From assembly GCA_910587945.1 (NCBI GenBank), contig CAJUNI010000001.1:10283-74282 (forward strand): a stretch of DNA of 64,000 nucleotides. Direction: 5' to 3'. The DNA is from an uncultured Parvibacter sp. (GTDB lineage: Bacteria; Actinomycetota; Coriobacteriia; Coriobacteriales; Eggerthellaceae). A model generated the notes under the pieces. That model ran no database searches. It was not told the origin of the DNA and saw only the letters and a list, made by a program, of their open reading frames with translations. Positions 28,331 to 38,400 of the stretch are shown here, in pieces. A program made the translations under genes and the position numbers. The first letter of the stretch is position 1. Every line of letters starts with the position of its first letter.

Positions 28331-29125
28331 CTAGAGCTGGGCGCTCTTTTCGACGCAGGCAGCAATGGCATTCATAGCGGCTGCGCGGAATCCCCCTTCT
28401 TCCAAAACCCGCACGCCTTCAATGGTCGTGCCACCGGGGGAGCAGACTTTATCTTTCAGGGCTTCCGGATGCTCCTTGGTTTCAAGGTAGAGTTGAGCAC
28501 TTCCGAGCAAGGACTGCGCCGCAAACTCCAAGGCTTGAGCCCGAGGCATGCCAGCGGCCACGGCGCCATCGGCCAGCGCTTCAATAAACATGAAGGCGAA
28601 GGCGGGAGAGCTTCCCCCCACCGCACCGGCGGCATCCATGAGACGCTCGGGAATTTCGATCACGCGTCCAAAGCTGCCCATCAACTGAGCGACCAAAGCG
28701 CAATCTTCATCGGTGGCTTCCGCGTTTGCGCAAAGGGCCGTGCAACCAGCTCCGACGAGAGCCGGGGTATTAGGCATGCAGCGTACTAAGTGCAACGGAC
28801 GACCGAAAAGTTGCTCAATGCGTGCGCAGCTTAAGCCCGCGGCAATAGAAACCACTAAGGTCTCAGGGCGAACGACGTCCTTGATCTCATTAATGACTTC
28901 GGGAAACATCTGAGGCTTAACTGCCAAGATCAGCACCTCTGCCTTTTTGGCTACTTCGCTATTGGATGCTGTGGTTTGGATCGCAAAATCTTCCACCATT
29001 GCGGTGCGGGTTTGTTCGTGAGGCGCGGAACCCACAATGGAGGAAGGCTCGGCAATGCCTTTGCTAATCAGGCCGCCAATAATGGCACGGGCCATATTTC
29101 CCAAACCAATGAATCCAATATTCAT
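28331..29125 (-). CDS. proC: Pyrroline-5-carboxylate reductase
   Basis: MNIGFIGLGNMARAIIGGL (Rossmann motif), RCMPNTPALVGAG, and SPGGTTIEGVRVLEEGGFR. Confidence 0.92.
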   Translation of the reverse strand: MNIGFIGLGNMARAIIGGLISKGIAEPSSIVGSAPHEQTRTAMVEDFAIQTTASNSEVAKKAEVLILAVKPQMFPEVINEIKDVVRPETLVVSIAAGLSCARIEQLFGRPLHLVRCMPNTPALVGAGCTALCANAEATDEDCALVAQLMGSFGRVIEIPERLMDAAGAVGGSSPAFAFMFIEALADGAVAAGMPRAQALEFAAQSLLGSAQLYLETKEHPEALKDKVCSPGGTTIEGVRVLEEGGFRAAAMNAIAACVEKSAQL

Positions 29126-29229
29126 GAAACGATCCTTCTCGCGCAGACTTTAGAGTAGTCCCATTGTAGAACAGAACCTCGGCTGCCCGGGGGCGATGGG
29201 CGGAGGGTGCTGCCCGAGCGGAGGCAGAG

Positions 29230-30078
29230 CTAGGCCCAGTAAAAGGCAGCGTCGCCGGCACCGATTTCGAAATGAAGTTTGGCAATACCTAAGTCTACGC
29301 GGGTAAAGGCACCGCGCTTTGTGCTGGCGCGCACGAGCGGCGTGCCATCATCGGCGTTACCGGCCAGGGCAAAGCGAAACTTCTGTTGGTTGAGCGCCGT
29401 GGGAGCCAATAGGGCGGCATCCACTCCTTGACGAAACCAGAGGGGTGCATGGTCATAGTCGGAGCTTATAACGGATGGCGCCACGGAAGAATGAGGAGTG
29501 CCTTGGGTGGTGCCGTGGCCGAGGGCAATGATAAGCGCTAACTTCTGCCCGAGCGTAATGGAGTACACCCCGTTGACTACTTTGTAGGTGCCCCCAATCC
29601 AGCAGCTGTTTAGACCGAGTTGCTGAGCTAAGAGCACGAGCTGCTCTCCGTAATAGCCGGTGTATTCATCGGCCTCTTTGCCCTCTGGCTGTACGGCTGC
29701 AATGTAGTTACGGGCGCCACTGAACTTTACGAGTTTCGCCTTGAATCCCGATAAGGCAGCAGGCTCATCCAAGGCCAGCTGAAAGGCTAAGCCAGTTTCC
29801 TCGTTGATCTGGGCAAGAGCGGCCTGCAGGATTTCCACTACCGGCTCGCTCAAGGGCTCATCAGTGAAACTGCGCACCGAATGACGCTCACGCAGGGCCT
29901 CTTCAAGAGAGCAGGCAGGGGTGACGGAACTAGCGATACCTGAATTCTCTAAAAGAGGGAGAGTAGACAGGAATGAGGGCGCGGCACTCTCGATTGAAGT
30001 CACGAGGGAAGAGGCAGGGGATTGGTCGGAAGTCTCAAACTTCGGGGAAGAAGCAGCGGATTGGGTTTGGGCACTCAT
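29230..30078 (-). CDS. Nitroreductase-family protein with a Ser/Ala-rich N-terminal extension of about 60 aa
   Basis: RHSVRSFTDEPLSEPVVEILQAAL and NSCWIGG, as expected for the nitroreductase fold. Confidence 0.75.
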   Translation of the reverse strand: MSAQTQSAASSPKFETSDQSPASSLVTSIESAAPSFLSTLPLLENSGIASSVTPACSLEEALRERHSVRSFTDEPLSEPVVEILQAALAQINEETGLAFQLALDEPAALSGFKAKLVKFSGARNYIAAVQPEGKEADEYTGYYGEQLVLLAQQLGLNSCWIGGTYKVVNGVYSITLGQKLALIIALGHGTTQGTPHSSVAPSVISSDYDHAPLWFRQGVDAALLAPTALNQQKFRFALAGNADDGTPLVRASTKRGAFTRVDLGIAKLHFEIGAGDAAFYWA

Positions 30079-30106
30079 GATTGCTCCTTTAGGAGAAAGA
30101 CAAACA

Positions 30107-31219
30107 TCAACCCCGTTTATCAGGGCGGTGGTAACGGCGAAGATAGACTGCCCAACATCCTATCATCACAAGCACCGAGACGACGGCAACGGATTGCACA
30201 CCTTCCACCATGCCCAGCCCCATGGATCCCGCAAACATTCCCACACACCCAAAGGCCGCAGCTGTAAAACTAATGAGAGATGAGGCCGTGCCAATGCCCG
30301 AGGTGAGGGGGCCCAACAAAAAGCTCGCTGTCATTGGCCGCACAAAGGCTCCCAAAAATGCCATCACCATCATGCAGGCCATGAAGGGCCACGGGCCGCT
30401 GTTTCCCACCAGCACTAAGGGGAACGCCAGGATGCCCAACACGGCAATAAATACCGTCATCAGGCGCGGAACATGGATGACGGATTCGTACTTCATGTAG
30501 ATCAAGGGGCTCAATATTGCCGATACCGAGGTGATCGCAAAAATAACGCCAAAGAGCGCCGTAGACACACCGAAGTGTTCCTCATAAATGTAGGAGGCAT
30601 TCCCGATATAAGCCATGAAAGGTGCGTTGAACAGGGAGCCCACAATTAACGGAAGGGCGAAGGAGCCGTGGCGCAATAGGGCAAAGCCGCCCAAAAAGGG
30701 CTTCACCAAAGAGCCGGTTACCCGTTCTTCAGCGGGAAGTGTTTCTTTCATAACCAGCACGAGGCCCAGGCAAAGAATTAAAAGAGCAGCAATGGCAAGG
30801 AAGCTGCCGCGCCACCCACCAAGGGCCAAGACGGCTACCCCCAAAAGCGGTGCCACTACGGGAGCCACCATGGCGACAGCCTGGGTGAACGCGAGGGTCT
30901 TCGCCATTTGGTCACCCTCAAAGCAGTCTTTCACAATGGCCATGCCCCCGGCTACCATGCCGCCGCTCGCAAGGCCTTGCAACGAGCGCAGCACCAACAG
31001 CACTTCAATGGTGGGGGACGCCGCACAGGAAAGGCAGGCGAGAGTGGCTACGAGACTGCAGCCAAGAAGCATCGGCCGTCGTCCTGTTTTGTCGCTGAGG
31101 GTTCCCCAAATCAGTGTGCCCACAGCCATGAACAGAAAGAATACCGTGAGGGTTTGGCTGGTAAGGGCCGCATCTGAGCCAAGCTCTGCGGTCACGGCGG
31201 GCAGACCCGGAAGATACAT
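30107..31219 (-). CDS. MFS multidrug efflux transporter (Bcr/CflA-like). The true start is probably upstream, see findings.
   Basis: DMYLPGLPAVTAELG, LSDKTGRRPML, and 10 or more TM segments. The ORF-track start removes TM1. The frame stays open to 31369. Confidence 0.85.
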   Translation of the reverse strand: MYLPGLPAVTAELGSDAALTSQTLTVFFLFMAVGTLIWGTLSDKTGRRPMLLGCSLVATLACLSCAASPTIEVLLVLRSLQGLASGGMVAGGMAIVKDCFEGDQMAKTLAFTQAVAMVAPVVAPLLGVAVLALGGWRGSFLAIAALLILCLGLVLVMKETLPAEERVTGSLVKPFLGGFALLRHGSFALPLIVGSLFNAPFMAYIGNASYIYEEHFGVSTALFGVIFAITSVSAILSPLIYMKYESVIHVPRLMTVFIAVLGILAFPLVLVGNSGPWPFMACMMVMAFLGAFVRPMTASFLLGPLTSGIGTASSLISFTAAAFGCVGMFAGSMGLGMVEGVQSVAVVSVLVMIGCWAVYLRRYHRPDKRG

Positions 31220-31494
31220 GTCTGCCGATAGGGGTGGGATGGTAGAAAGAAGGCCCGCGAGGGCAATGATGAGACCGTTGGAATTGGAGCCATGGTTGCG
31301 ACCCGAGGGGGATAACTCAGGCGAACCAAGGGAAGTGTCAACAGTCTTTGCTATAGGATGCTCCTTCTGCAGCTATTGTGCGCCTTTGCTGAAGGAGCGT
31401 GGCGAACAGCGGTCAAAAGGAAGCCCTAATTGTTGGGTTGATTCGGTAAGAGGTGGGGTGAGAGACGGGGATCCGGGTGAGGCCCAAGCTCGAT

Positions 31495-32613
31495 CTAGGA
31501 TGGGTCAGTGGAGATAACACCGGCAATGGTGCCACCGCCTAGAACCACCTCGCCATCATAGATAACGGCGGCTTGGCCTGCCGCCGAGCGCGTTTGGGGT
31601 TGCGCAAAAAGAATCCGGAGGGTGCCATCTTCTTCCTGGTAGATGGTCGCCTCTTGGGGTTCTTGACGGTAATGGGTTTTGACCTGGCCGTGGAACGGGG
31701 AAGAGGGAAGCGACCCTTCAATGAGATTGACATCGCGCACGATGACGCCCTGGGCGCGAAGCTCAGCTTTCGGTGCTACCCAGAGTGTTTTCGTCGCAGG
31801 ATCCTTGTCGTAGACATAGAGCGGCTCGGCATAGGCCACCCCAATGCCTTTGCGCTGGCCAATGGTGTAGTGAATTAATCCTTGATGTGTTCCGCGTTGG
31901 GTTCCGTCACGAGTGCAAATAGGTCCTGGCTCATAGGCGCTGGCCGCCTGATCTCCCAGCCGCTGCTGGATGAAGCGGGCGTAATCTCCATCGGGCACAA
32001 AGCAGATGTCTTGACTCTCGGGCTTTTCGGCTACGGCCATGGCTTGGTCTTGGGCCAGAGTGCGCACTTCTTCCTTCGTGAGTTCTCCTAAGGGGAACAG
32101 CATAGACGCCAGGTCTTGTTGGGTGATATGGAAGAGCACGTAGCTTTGGTCTTTCGCCGGATCCAAGGCGCGAAGTAACTGCCATCGCCCCGTCTGTTCG
32201 TTAAAGCGTCGGCGGGCATAGTGGCCCGTAGCCACATAATCCAAGCCGAACTCCTGACGCTTGCGCTGGAGAGCCGCAAACTTGAGATAACGATTGCAAT
32301 CAACGCAGGGGTTAGGAGTGTGACCGTCCAGATATTCCTGGCAGAAGTGGTTGATGACCGCTTCATCAAAGGTGCCCCGAAAATTGAACACATGATGGGG
32401 AATGCCCAGTCGCTCACAGACGGCTTTTGCGTCAGCTATATCGTCGCTGGTACAGCAAGAAGGATCCGCCGTGAACCCCTGAGCTTCATCGTGAAGTTTC
32501 ATGGTGGCCCCAACGCAGCGATAGCCAGCTTGGGTAAGGAGAAAACCGCAGACGCTCGAGTCCACGCCACCACTCATGGCCACCATCACAGAGGGAACAG
32601 TTTGTGCTGTCAA
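31495..32613 (-). CDS. mnmA: tRNA 2-thiouridine(34) synthase MnmA
   Basis: PP-loop VAMSGGVDSSV, CCTSDDIADAKAVCERLGIPHHVFNF, PNPCVDCNRYLKF, and ATGHYAR. Confidence 0.93.
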   Translation of the reverse strand: MTAQTVPSVMVAMSGGVDSSVCGFLLTQAGYRCVGATMKLHDEAQGFTADPSCCTSDDIADAKAVCERLGIPHHVFNFRGTFDEAVINHFCQEYLDGHTPNPCVDCNRYLKFAALQRKRQEFGLDYVATGHYARRRFNEQTGRWQLLRALDPAKDQSYVLFHITQQDLASMLFPLGELTKEEVRTLAQDQAMAVAEKPESQDICFVPDGDYARFIQQRLGDQAASAYEPGPICTRDGTQRGTHQGLIHYTIGQRKGIGVAYAEPLYVYDKDPATKTLWVAPKAELRAQGVIVRDVNLIEGSLPSSPFHGQVKTHYRQEPQEATIYQEEDGTLRILFAQPQTRSAAGQAAVIYDGEVVLGGGTIAGVISTDPS

Positions 32614-32679
32614 AGGATCACTCGATTTCTCTTTGCCGTTTTATGCGTGGAGCCATTGTACGCCTAGAGGCCAAGAGGG

Positions 32680-32793
32680 TTAGGAACGGTTTCGCTGAGA
32701 GAAGGGCTTCTCCACTTTTGGCATCTGGTGGGCGACAACGGCCCCAATACAACCAAGAACAAGAACGGGGATGATGATCTTGAGAGCTTTCAT
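32680..32793 (-). CDS. Possible 37-aa small membrane peptide
   Basis: MKALKIIIPVLVLGCIGAVVAHQMPKVEKPFSQRNRS, preceded by AAAGGAA. One TM segment. Support is the ORF and Shine-Dalgarno only. Confidence 0.25.
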   Translation of the reverse strand: MKALKIIIPVLVLGCIGAVVAHQMPKVEKPFSQRNRS

Positions 32794-33165
32794 GATGGTT
32801 CCTTTCGTCGGGGGTCTAAGCGAGTCCAGCGAGGTTGGGTACGGGGATCGCTGGGTTGAGTCAGCGGATGCCTTGGTCCCGCTGCTACTTAGGCGGTGCA
32901 TGGGACCAACCGACCTATCTCTTTCGGACGGCTACAACCTCTAGTCTAGAAGGCCTGTCTTGCGTCGGCCTTGCGTGAAACTTACGGTTGTGTCATGGAA
33001 GAAGTTTTCCTGAGGGGTGCATTGGGAGGCGAATCGAGCCGCGGGCCAACGTGAAGCCAGGGGCTTGGATAGGTCCCGTGGGTTGCATTGGCGGCGAAAC
33101 TTGGCCTCGCTGGAGACGTCGCTCGTAGTACCATGGGCACCATAGCTGGGGCGAAAGGGGGCCAG

Positions 33166-34317
33166 ATGATCACGGTTCAAGACATAGTGCAACTGCCAGA
33201 GTTTGATTCCATCCGACTGGCCGCTCCCTGCGCTGACTACCTTGAGCGCCCGGTGGTGCGCGCTGCCATCCTTGATCACGAGCCTTTTAGTGGGGAATAC
33301 GATGTCTTTGTGCCCGGCGAATTTGTGTTGACCACGCTCGGGTTTGCCCAAAAGGATCCAGAGCTTGCCGAAGAAGCCATCCTGAAAGTGTTGTCTCGAG
33401 GCGTGGCGGCGTTGGCTATTAAGCCCGTGGCAATGAAGCAGCTTCCCGAGGCCTGCGCTCGCGCCAGCCAAGAAACAGGCGTCCCCGTATTCTTCTATAA
33501 CGGGCGCTATTCCGAACATGTGATCACGGCCATCATGGAAGCCGTGGCCGAAGATGCCAACAATTCTCAAGCTCAGCGCATCATTGGGCAGCTGATTGCG
33601 CCCTCAGACGAAATGGCTGTGCGCACAGCGCTGTTCACGTTGGCGCAAATGACCGGTGCTACGTTTCAGGCGGTAGCGGTTCGCCCTCGTCATGAAGACG
33701 AAGCTAATGTGCGCGCGGCGGGTATGGTGCTCGAGGAGATACTTCAGAGCTATCGTAATCGATGGCCCGATGTGGAAACGGTTCGGGCGGTGCGCTATAG
33801 AAATACGCAGCTTGGTTTGATTTCCTATAAGCGCCCTCCCAAAGAGCTCATTGCCATGTCTGACCCAGACTTGCAACGGCGGATGGCCGAAGCCGGGACT
33901 CTCTATTGCGGCATCAGTTTGGAAATGCCCCTGGGCGAGGGAGACTTGGCGTTGCGCCAAGCCTTGGCTGCGCTCGACTGGGCGGTGGAACAGCAAGAGA
34001 CTTCGGTGCGGTGGGCGTCTATGGGTATGGAAGCCTATCGGCGAGCCGTGGCGGCGGATCGCCTGATGGGAGGAACTGCCCGCCTTATGAAAGGGTTCCT
34101 CATTCAATACGATGACCTTCATGAAGGGTGGCTCTTCCAAACAGCTCAAGAGTTTGCGCGTAATTATGGGTCTATTAGCCAAACGGCAGCAGCTCTTTAT
34201 CAGCATCCCAATACGGTGCGCTATCGGTTGAAGCGCCTCAAGGAGGTGTTGGGGGTTGAATCTATGAGTGATAGGGAACTGGCAACATTTCTTGCCCTCA
34301 CCTTCTTTTCGCCCTAA
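33166..34317 (+). CDS. PucR/CdaR-family transcriptional regulator
   Basis: N-terminus MITVQDIVQLPEF (PucR-type) and the C-terminal HTH ISQTAAALYQHPNTVRYRLKRLKEVLG. ATG 33166 is preceded by GAAAGGGGG. Confidence 0.82.
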   Translation: MITVQDIVQLPEFDSIRLAAPCADYLERPVVRAAILDHEPFSGEYDVFVPGEFVLTTLGFAQKDPELAEEAILKVLSRGVAALAIKPVAMKQLPEACARASQETGVPVFFYNGRYSEHVITAIMEAVAEDANNSQAQRIIGQLIAPSDEMAVRTALFTLAQMTGATFQAVAVRPRHEDEANVRAAGMVLEEILQSYRNRWPDVETVRAVRYRNTQLGLISYKRPPKELIAMSDPDLQRRMAEAGTLYCGISLEMPLGEGDLALRQALAALDWAVEQQETSVRWASMGMEAYRRAVAADRLMGGTARLMKGFLIQYDDLHEGWLFQTAQEFARNYGSISQTAAALYQHPNTVRYRLKRLKEVLGVESMSDRELATFLALTFFSP

Positions 34318-34484
34318 GTGGTGGTGTGTGGTGCTCGGCGCTATGTTCGTGGTGTTTGTGTAAAAGTACAAATAAAGCCAAGAAGCTTCGTAATAATCAC
34401 GAAGTCCGCGCCGATCTCTCCTTCTAGACTGTGAGCCACTTCAAAGTTGCTAACAGCCCCGCTACGGTGAATAAGGAGAGAACC

Positions 34485-34745
34485 ATGAAACTGTTTGCAA
34501 AAGCCCTCGAAGCTATGAACAATGCCAGTGCCCAAGACAGTGCCTATTGCGCGAACTTGGCCAAGCGGTTTGAAGCCATGGGCATTTCTTCGGCTCAGGC
34601 CAGTGACGCCATCTGTACTCTGATCGAAAAAGAGGCGGTACCTCAGGTGGGGGTTTGGGCGGCAACTCCGTCTATGTTTAACATCAAAACGGAAGCTGCT
34701 TCTGCTCCTCAAGGGGACTATGAACTGCAAGGAGCCCTCAGCTAG
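34485..34745 (+). CDS. Hypothetical 86-aa protein
   Basis: Strong Shine-Dalgarno (AAGGAGAG) 6 nt before ATG 34485, and a terminator downstream. No family recognised. Confidence 0.45.
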   Translation: MKLFAKALEAMNNASAQDSAYCANLAKRFEAMGISSAQASDAICTLIEKEAVPQVGVWAATPSMFNIKTEAASAPQGDYELQGALS

Positions 34746-34784
34746 GAACCAAACACCGAAAATTTTTTGAAGCCAGATGTGCCC

Positions 34785-34822
34785 GTGCCCCGACTCGCAA
34801 AAGAGCCGGGGCACTGCTTTTA
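34785..34822 (+). terminator. Putative rho-independent terminator
   Basis: Stem GTGCCCCG / CGGGGCAC with a 14-nt loop, followed by TGCTTTTA. Confidence 0.5.
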
Positions 34823-35153
34823 TGGGGGTGAAGTTGCCCGAGCTCTCAGTTGGAATCTAGGAAGGGAACGAGCGTATGTAGACCATGGTTGAGCGGTGCT
34901 GACTTCAAAACCTAAATCGGAAGAATGGATTGAAAAAGTAGGCTCTATCTGGTAGTACACCGTACGCATGTGCTATGAACATTTGATGAATGGGTCTGTT
35001 ATACGTTGGTTACAAGCCGCGAAAACACGGAGCGATTCGCCGGGCACCGCTGCCGGTAATGCTGTGTGGAAAGGTCATGAAATAGGGCTCCCATCAGGGC
35101 ATAAGGTGGTTGTAGGGATCCTGAAAACTTGTGGATTGAATGTTGCCAACCTG

Positions 35154-35182
35154 TTGAAACCTCTACCCTGCGGGCGTAGAAT
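35154..35182 (+). promoter_or_regulatory. Candidate sigma-70-type promoter for the giant gene
   Basis: TTGAAA (35154-35159), an exact 17-nt spacer, then TAGAAT (35177-35182). Lies about 80 nt upstream of ATG 35265. Motif match only. Confidence 0.35.
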
Positions 35183-35314
35183 TGATTATTCCTACTTATT
35201 CATAGTAGGAGCAGTGTCTTTACCACTGGATTGAAGATAGGTGCAAATTCGAAAGGCTATAGCCATGAGCGACACCCATCATGACATAAAGAAGTTCAAC
35301 CATCATACCTTCGC

Positions 35315-35324
35315 GGGGGGGGGG
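35315..35324 (+). repeat. G10 homopolymeric tract between ATG 35265 and the giant ORF frame
   Basis: Counted directly: c35314, then ten G, then t35325. Confidence 0.95.
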
Positions 35325-35439
35325 TCCTCTCAACGAAGATCTTCCTAATTCCCCCCATGCGCCTACAGGGTTAGGGGAAGAGTTACCACAAACGGCCGAA
35401 AGGACTGATTACCGTCGGCCGGCTAAGCCCTGGGAGAGG

Positions 35440-38400
35440 GTGGTGTCGGTTGTGATGGCGGTCCTTTTGGCCGTTACTATGTTTGACGCCAGTTCCTTGT
35501 CTCCATTAGTGGCAGAAGCGGCTCCCGAGGAGCCCGCAGTCGAGGCACCCGTCGATGACACTGCTGCCACCGAAGAAGCGCAGTCCGAAGAGAGCGACTC
35601 GACGGACCCCGATGCTTCGGCGACCGAGGAGGGGGAAGAGGCTACTCCGGAGGAGACCGAAGAGACAGCCAAGCCAAAGCTCTCGGAGCTCCAAGGAATT
35701 GCCCTTGATCAATCGGCACTAGAGACTCTTGCACCCGATGGTCTTATTCCCCTGGACGAGGTAACTCCTGCCTTTGAAGAAGGCACCGGATCACTTGAAG
35801 ACATCATCATCCCGGCACTCAATGTATGGGGTGCTCCTTTGGCTGCAAGTACGGGATATCTGGTTTCTGACCAGCCCCTTCATGTCGCTTTGACCCTTGA
35901 CGAAGAGGCGCTCAATCGCGGATTTATCGGAGGTACGGCTGCCGCTGATCGCTTCAATTTCACTATAGAACTGCCCTATGTCTATAAAGCTTCCGAAGAT
36001 GGAACCCTCGGAGTTACCGCCTCGGCGGAAGAGTGGATGGTTCGGGCTGCCTTAGCGCAAGCCTACGATGAGACCGCTGACAACGCTACCACAGAAGAAA
36101 TTCAAAGCGCCGCTGCAGCGCTCATTGAAACCATGGATCCGACCCAAGCCACCCGTGCGGTATTGCGCAGTAGCGACATTCCCCAAGGCTGGAAACTTTG
36201 GCAGCGTCATGGGTCTGGTTGGTTGCCCTTGACTGCCGATGACCTTGCGGCAGGTATTAGTGGCAAGGTGCTGTTCCGCTATGAGGGCCTTGGGCTCGGT
36301 GATTCTGCCGCAGATAAAGCACTGCAAGAGTCCACGGACGAAGCAGATATTGCCTTACGGGATGCCGTCGTTCCCGGTGCCCTCGATGCTACTTCTCAGC
36401 TGCCGGAATTCGAGCTCACCGTTGTAGGATCGCTCGACGAAGGTCACAGCATCCCCGTGGTCTGGGGTTATGAGGGTCACTCTTATACCAACAAGGAAGG
36501 TGAGGTCACGCTTGGTGCTGCCCGCCGGGCTGCCGTTGAATCCATCCCCCTTGCTGCAGGGGAGTTTGATGGCCAAGCCGAGCTTTCAGTGGAAGCCCTT
36601 GCGGCGCCAAAGGGTTGGAGCGTCCATGCGCTCACAGTCGCTATTCCCGAAGATGCTCCTCGGGCCCAAGCACTCAATGTGGCGGCGCTCTATCCGGAGC
36701 ATTTGGCCCTTCGAGACGACGCTCGCTTTTATGATGTAACCGCTCTGGAGGCCGAAGCGCTCGTAGAGCTCGATTTCACGGACACGGCAGCCATGGAAGA
36801 GGCGGGCGCAACGCCCGTGGATGCTTCGGTGGTAGCTACGGGTTCCATTTCTGCAGCCCTCGAAGAAGCCGGGGCTATCGAGCCTGGTGAGACGCGCACG
36901 TTGGTAGTGGCCGTCCCCTGGGCAGAGGGCGCTTTCGCCTCGCTGTTGCCGGCCACCGACGACGCATCAGCGCAGGCTCCGGAGAAAACGCTCGTAACCG
37001 ATGAACAATGGGCCGATGTCTTTGCCGTGCAGCGTCCGCTTTATGGGGGTGTTCTTCAGAACAAAGCCACCAGCGAAGAGACGCAGTCCGTGCAGGTCCC
37101 TGTGGTGTTTGAAGCGGAGCCGATCTTTGCTCAAGAGGATGACACCATTGCCCTGCGTTTGCGCGAGGAAGTAAATGCTGACGTTACCGATGCCCCCGCG
37201 TCCAAGGATGAGCCGGAAGCCGAGGAACCGAGTGATGCCGAGGAAGGCGACGAGTCCACAACAGAGGAAGATCCTGCCGACGGAAACACGGAGGCAACCG
37301 AGGAACCTGCTACCGAGATCGCCCCGCGCCCGGAGCCGGTGAAAAACTATGGCATGTATGCCAACGCCCTGGTGGAGCGTCCGCTCTATCGAGCTGCTGG
37401 TGCCTACAATCTGGCGGACCATTTTAATCCCTACCTGTTCCCGGCCACCACGTTGATGGAATTGCCGGAAACGGAAAACGTTTACATGGTGTCTAAGAGC
37501 ACCGACGTAAAAGTTCAGACAATGATCGAGGTCAACTCCAGCGGTGGCTTCATTGGTGACTTGACCCACCCTATTGAACTCAAGATTGTGGTGCCCTTCA
37601 TTTATAAAGATGCCCAAGGCAACGTGCTCACGGCCGATACTGAAGAGGCCTACAAAGAGGCCATGGGTATCACGGGTAATCTTACTCCCGAGCAATGCAA
37701 TACCATGATGCGCCTCGCGGCAACACCTCAAGATACGGATGCCGCGGCCTTCTTTGAGGAATGGCGTGTATATGTTTGTCCGAATGGAACCACTGAGGGT
37801 ATGTATCAGTTTGACCCGGAGTGGATGGATCCCAACAGCCCTTTGGCCTCTCCGCTCTATGCCGGCAAGGGTCTAACCGGTACCTTTATTTTGCAATACA
37901 TTGGTGCCGGCGGCATGTTCAGTAATCAATACAGCGCAGCACCCCAGTTTGATATCAAATTCTTGGGATCCGTTCCCGAAAACACCGCCGCCACTATGAA
38001 GGTCGGCGGCAAAGTTACCCTCTACACCGACGATAACAACGAACGCCACGAGGGTCTCTATGAAGTGCGACCAGGCGAACTAGATCCGACCTCGGACAAA
38101 CTTCGCTACATGACCTTTATTAAAACGAACCTCGCTTGGGAAACCGATCTTTCCGTCAAATACGACAAAGGTGATCAAAAGCCCCTGCTGTGGGAGCCCA
38201 TCAACTACCTGGTGTACGAGGTACGGATTCGCAACACCTCGGAGGTGGACGACAGTGGCGAAGTAACCCCCATTGATCTGGTGCGGCACAACTTAACCGT
38301 TGCCTATGACGGCAGTTCTGTGGGCGGTGTCCGGCGTCGTGACCTTATGGCCTATATGTTGGACGAGTCTGGGAATGTGGTTCCCGTTACTACCTATGAC

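Noticed and set aside
30615-31517. 300-aa + strand ORF rich in R/P/A.
   Set aside because: It is antisense to the well-supported MFS transporter gene. Its composition is typical of a shadow ORF in GC-rich DNA.
34968-35234. 88-aa ORF in the 440-bp region upstream of the giant gene.
   Set aside because: It has no Shine-Dalgarno or recognisable motif, and it overlaps the candidate promoter. More likely this is non-coding leader or regulatory DNA.
35265-35348. 27-codon ORF as a genuine leader peptide.
   Set aside because: This is possible. However, the downstream frame encodes the basic n-region of the signal peptide without its own start codon, so a frameshift across the G-tract explains the data better.
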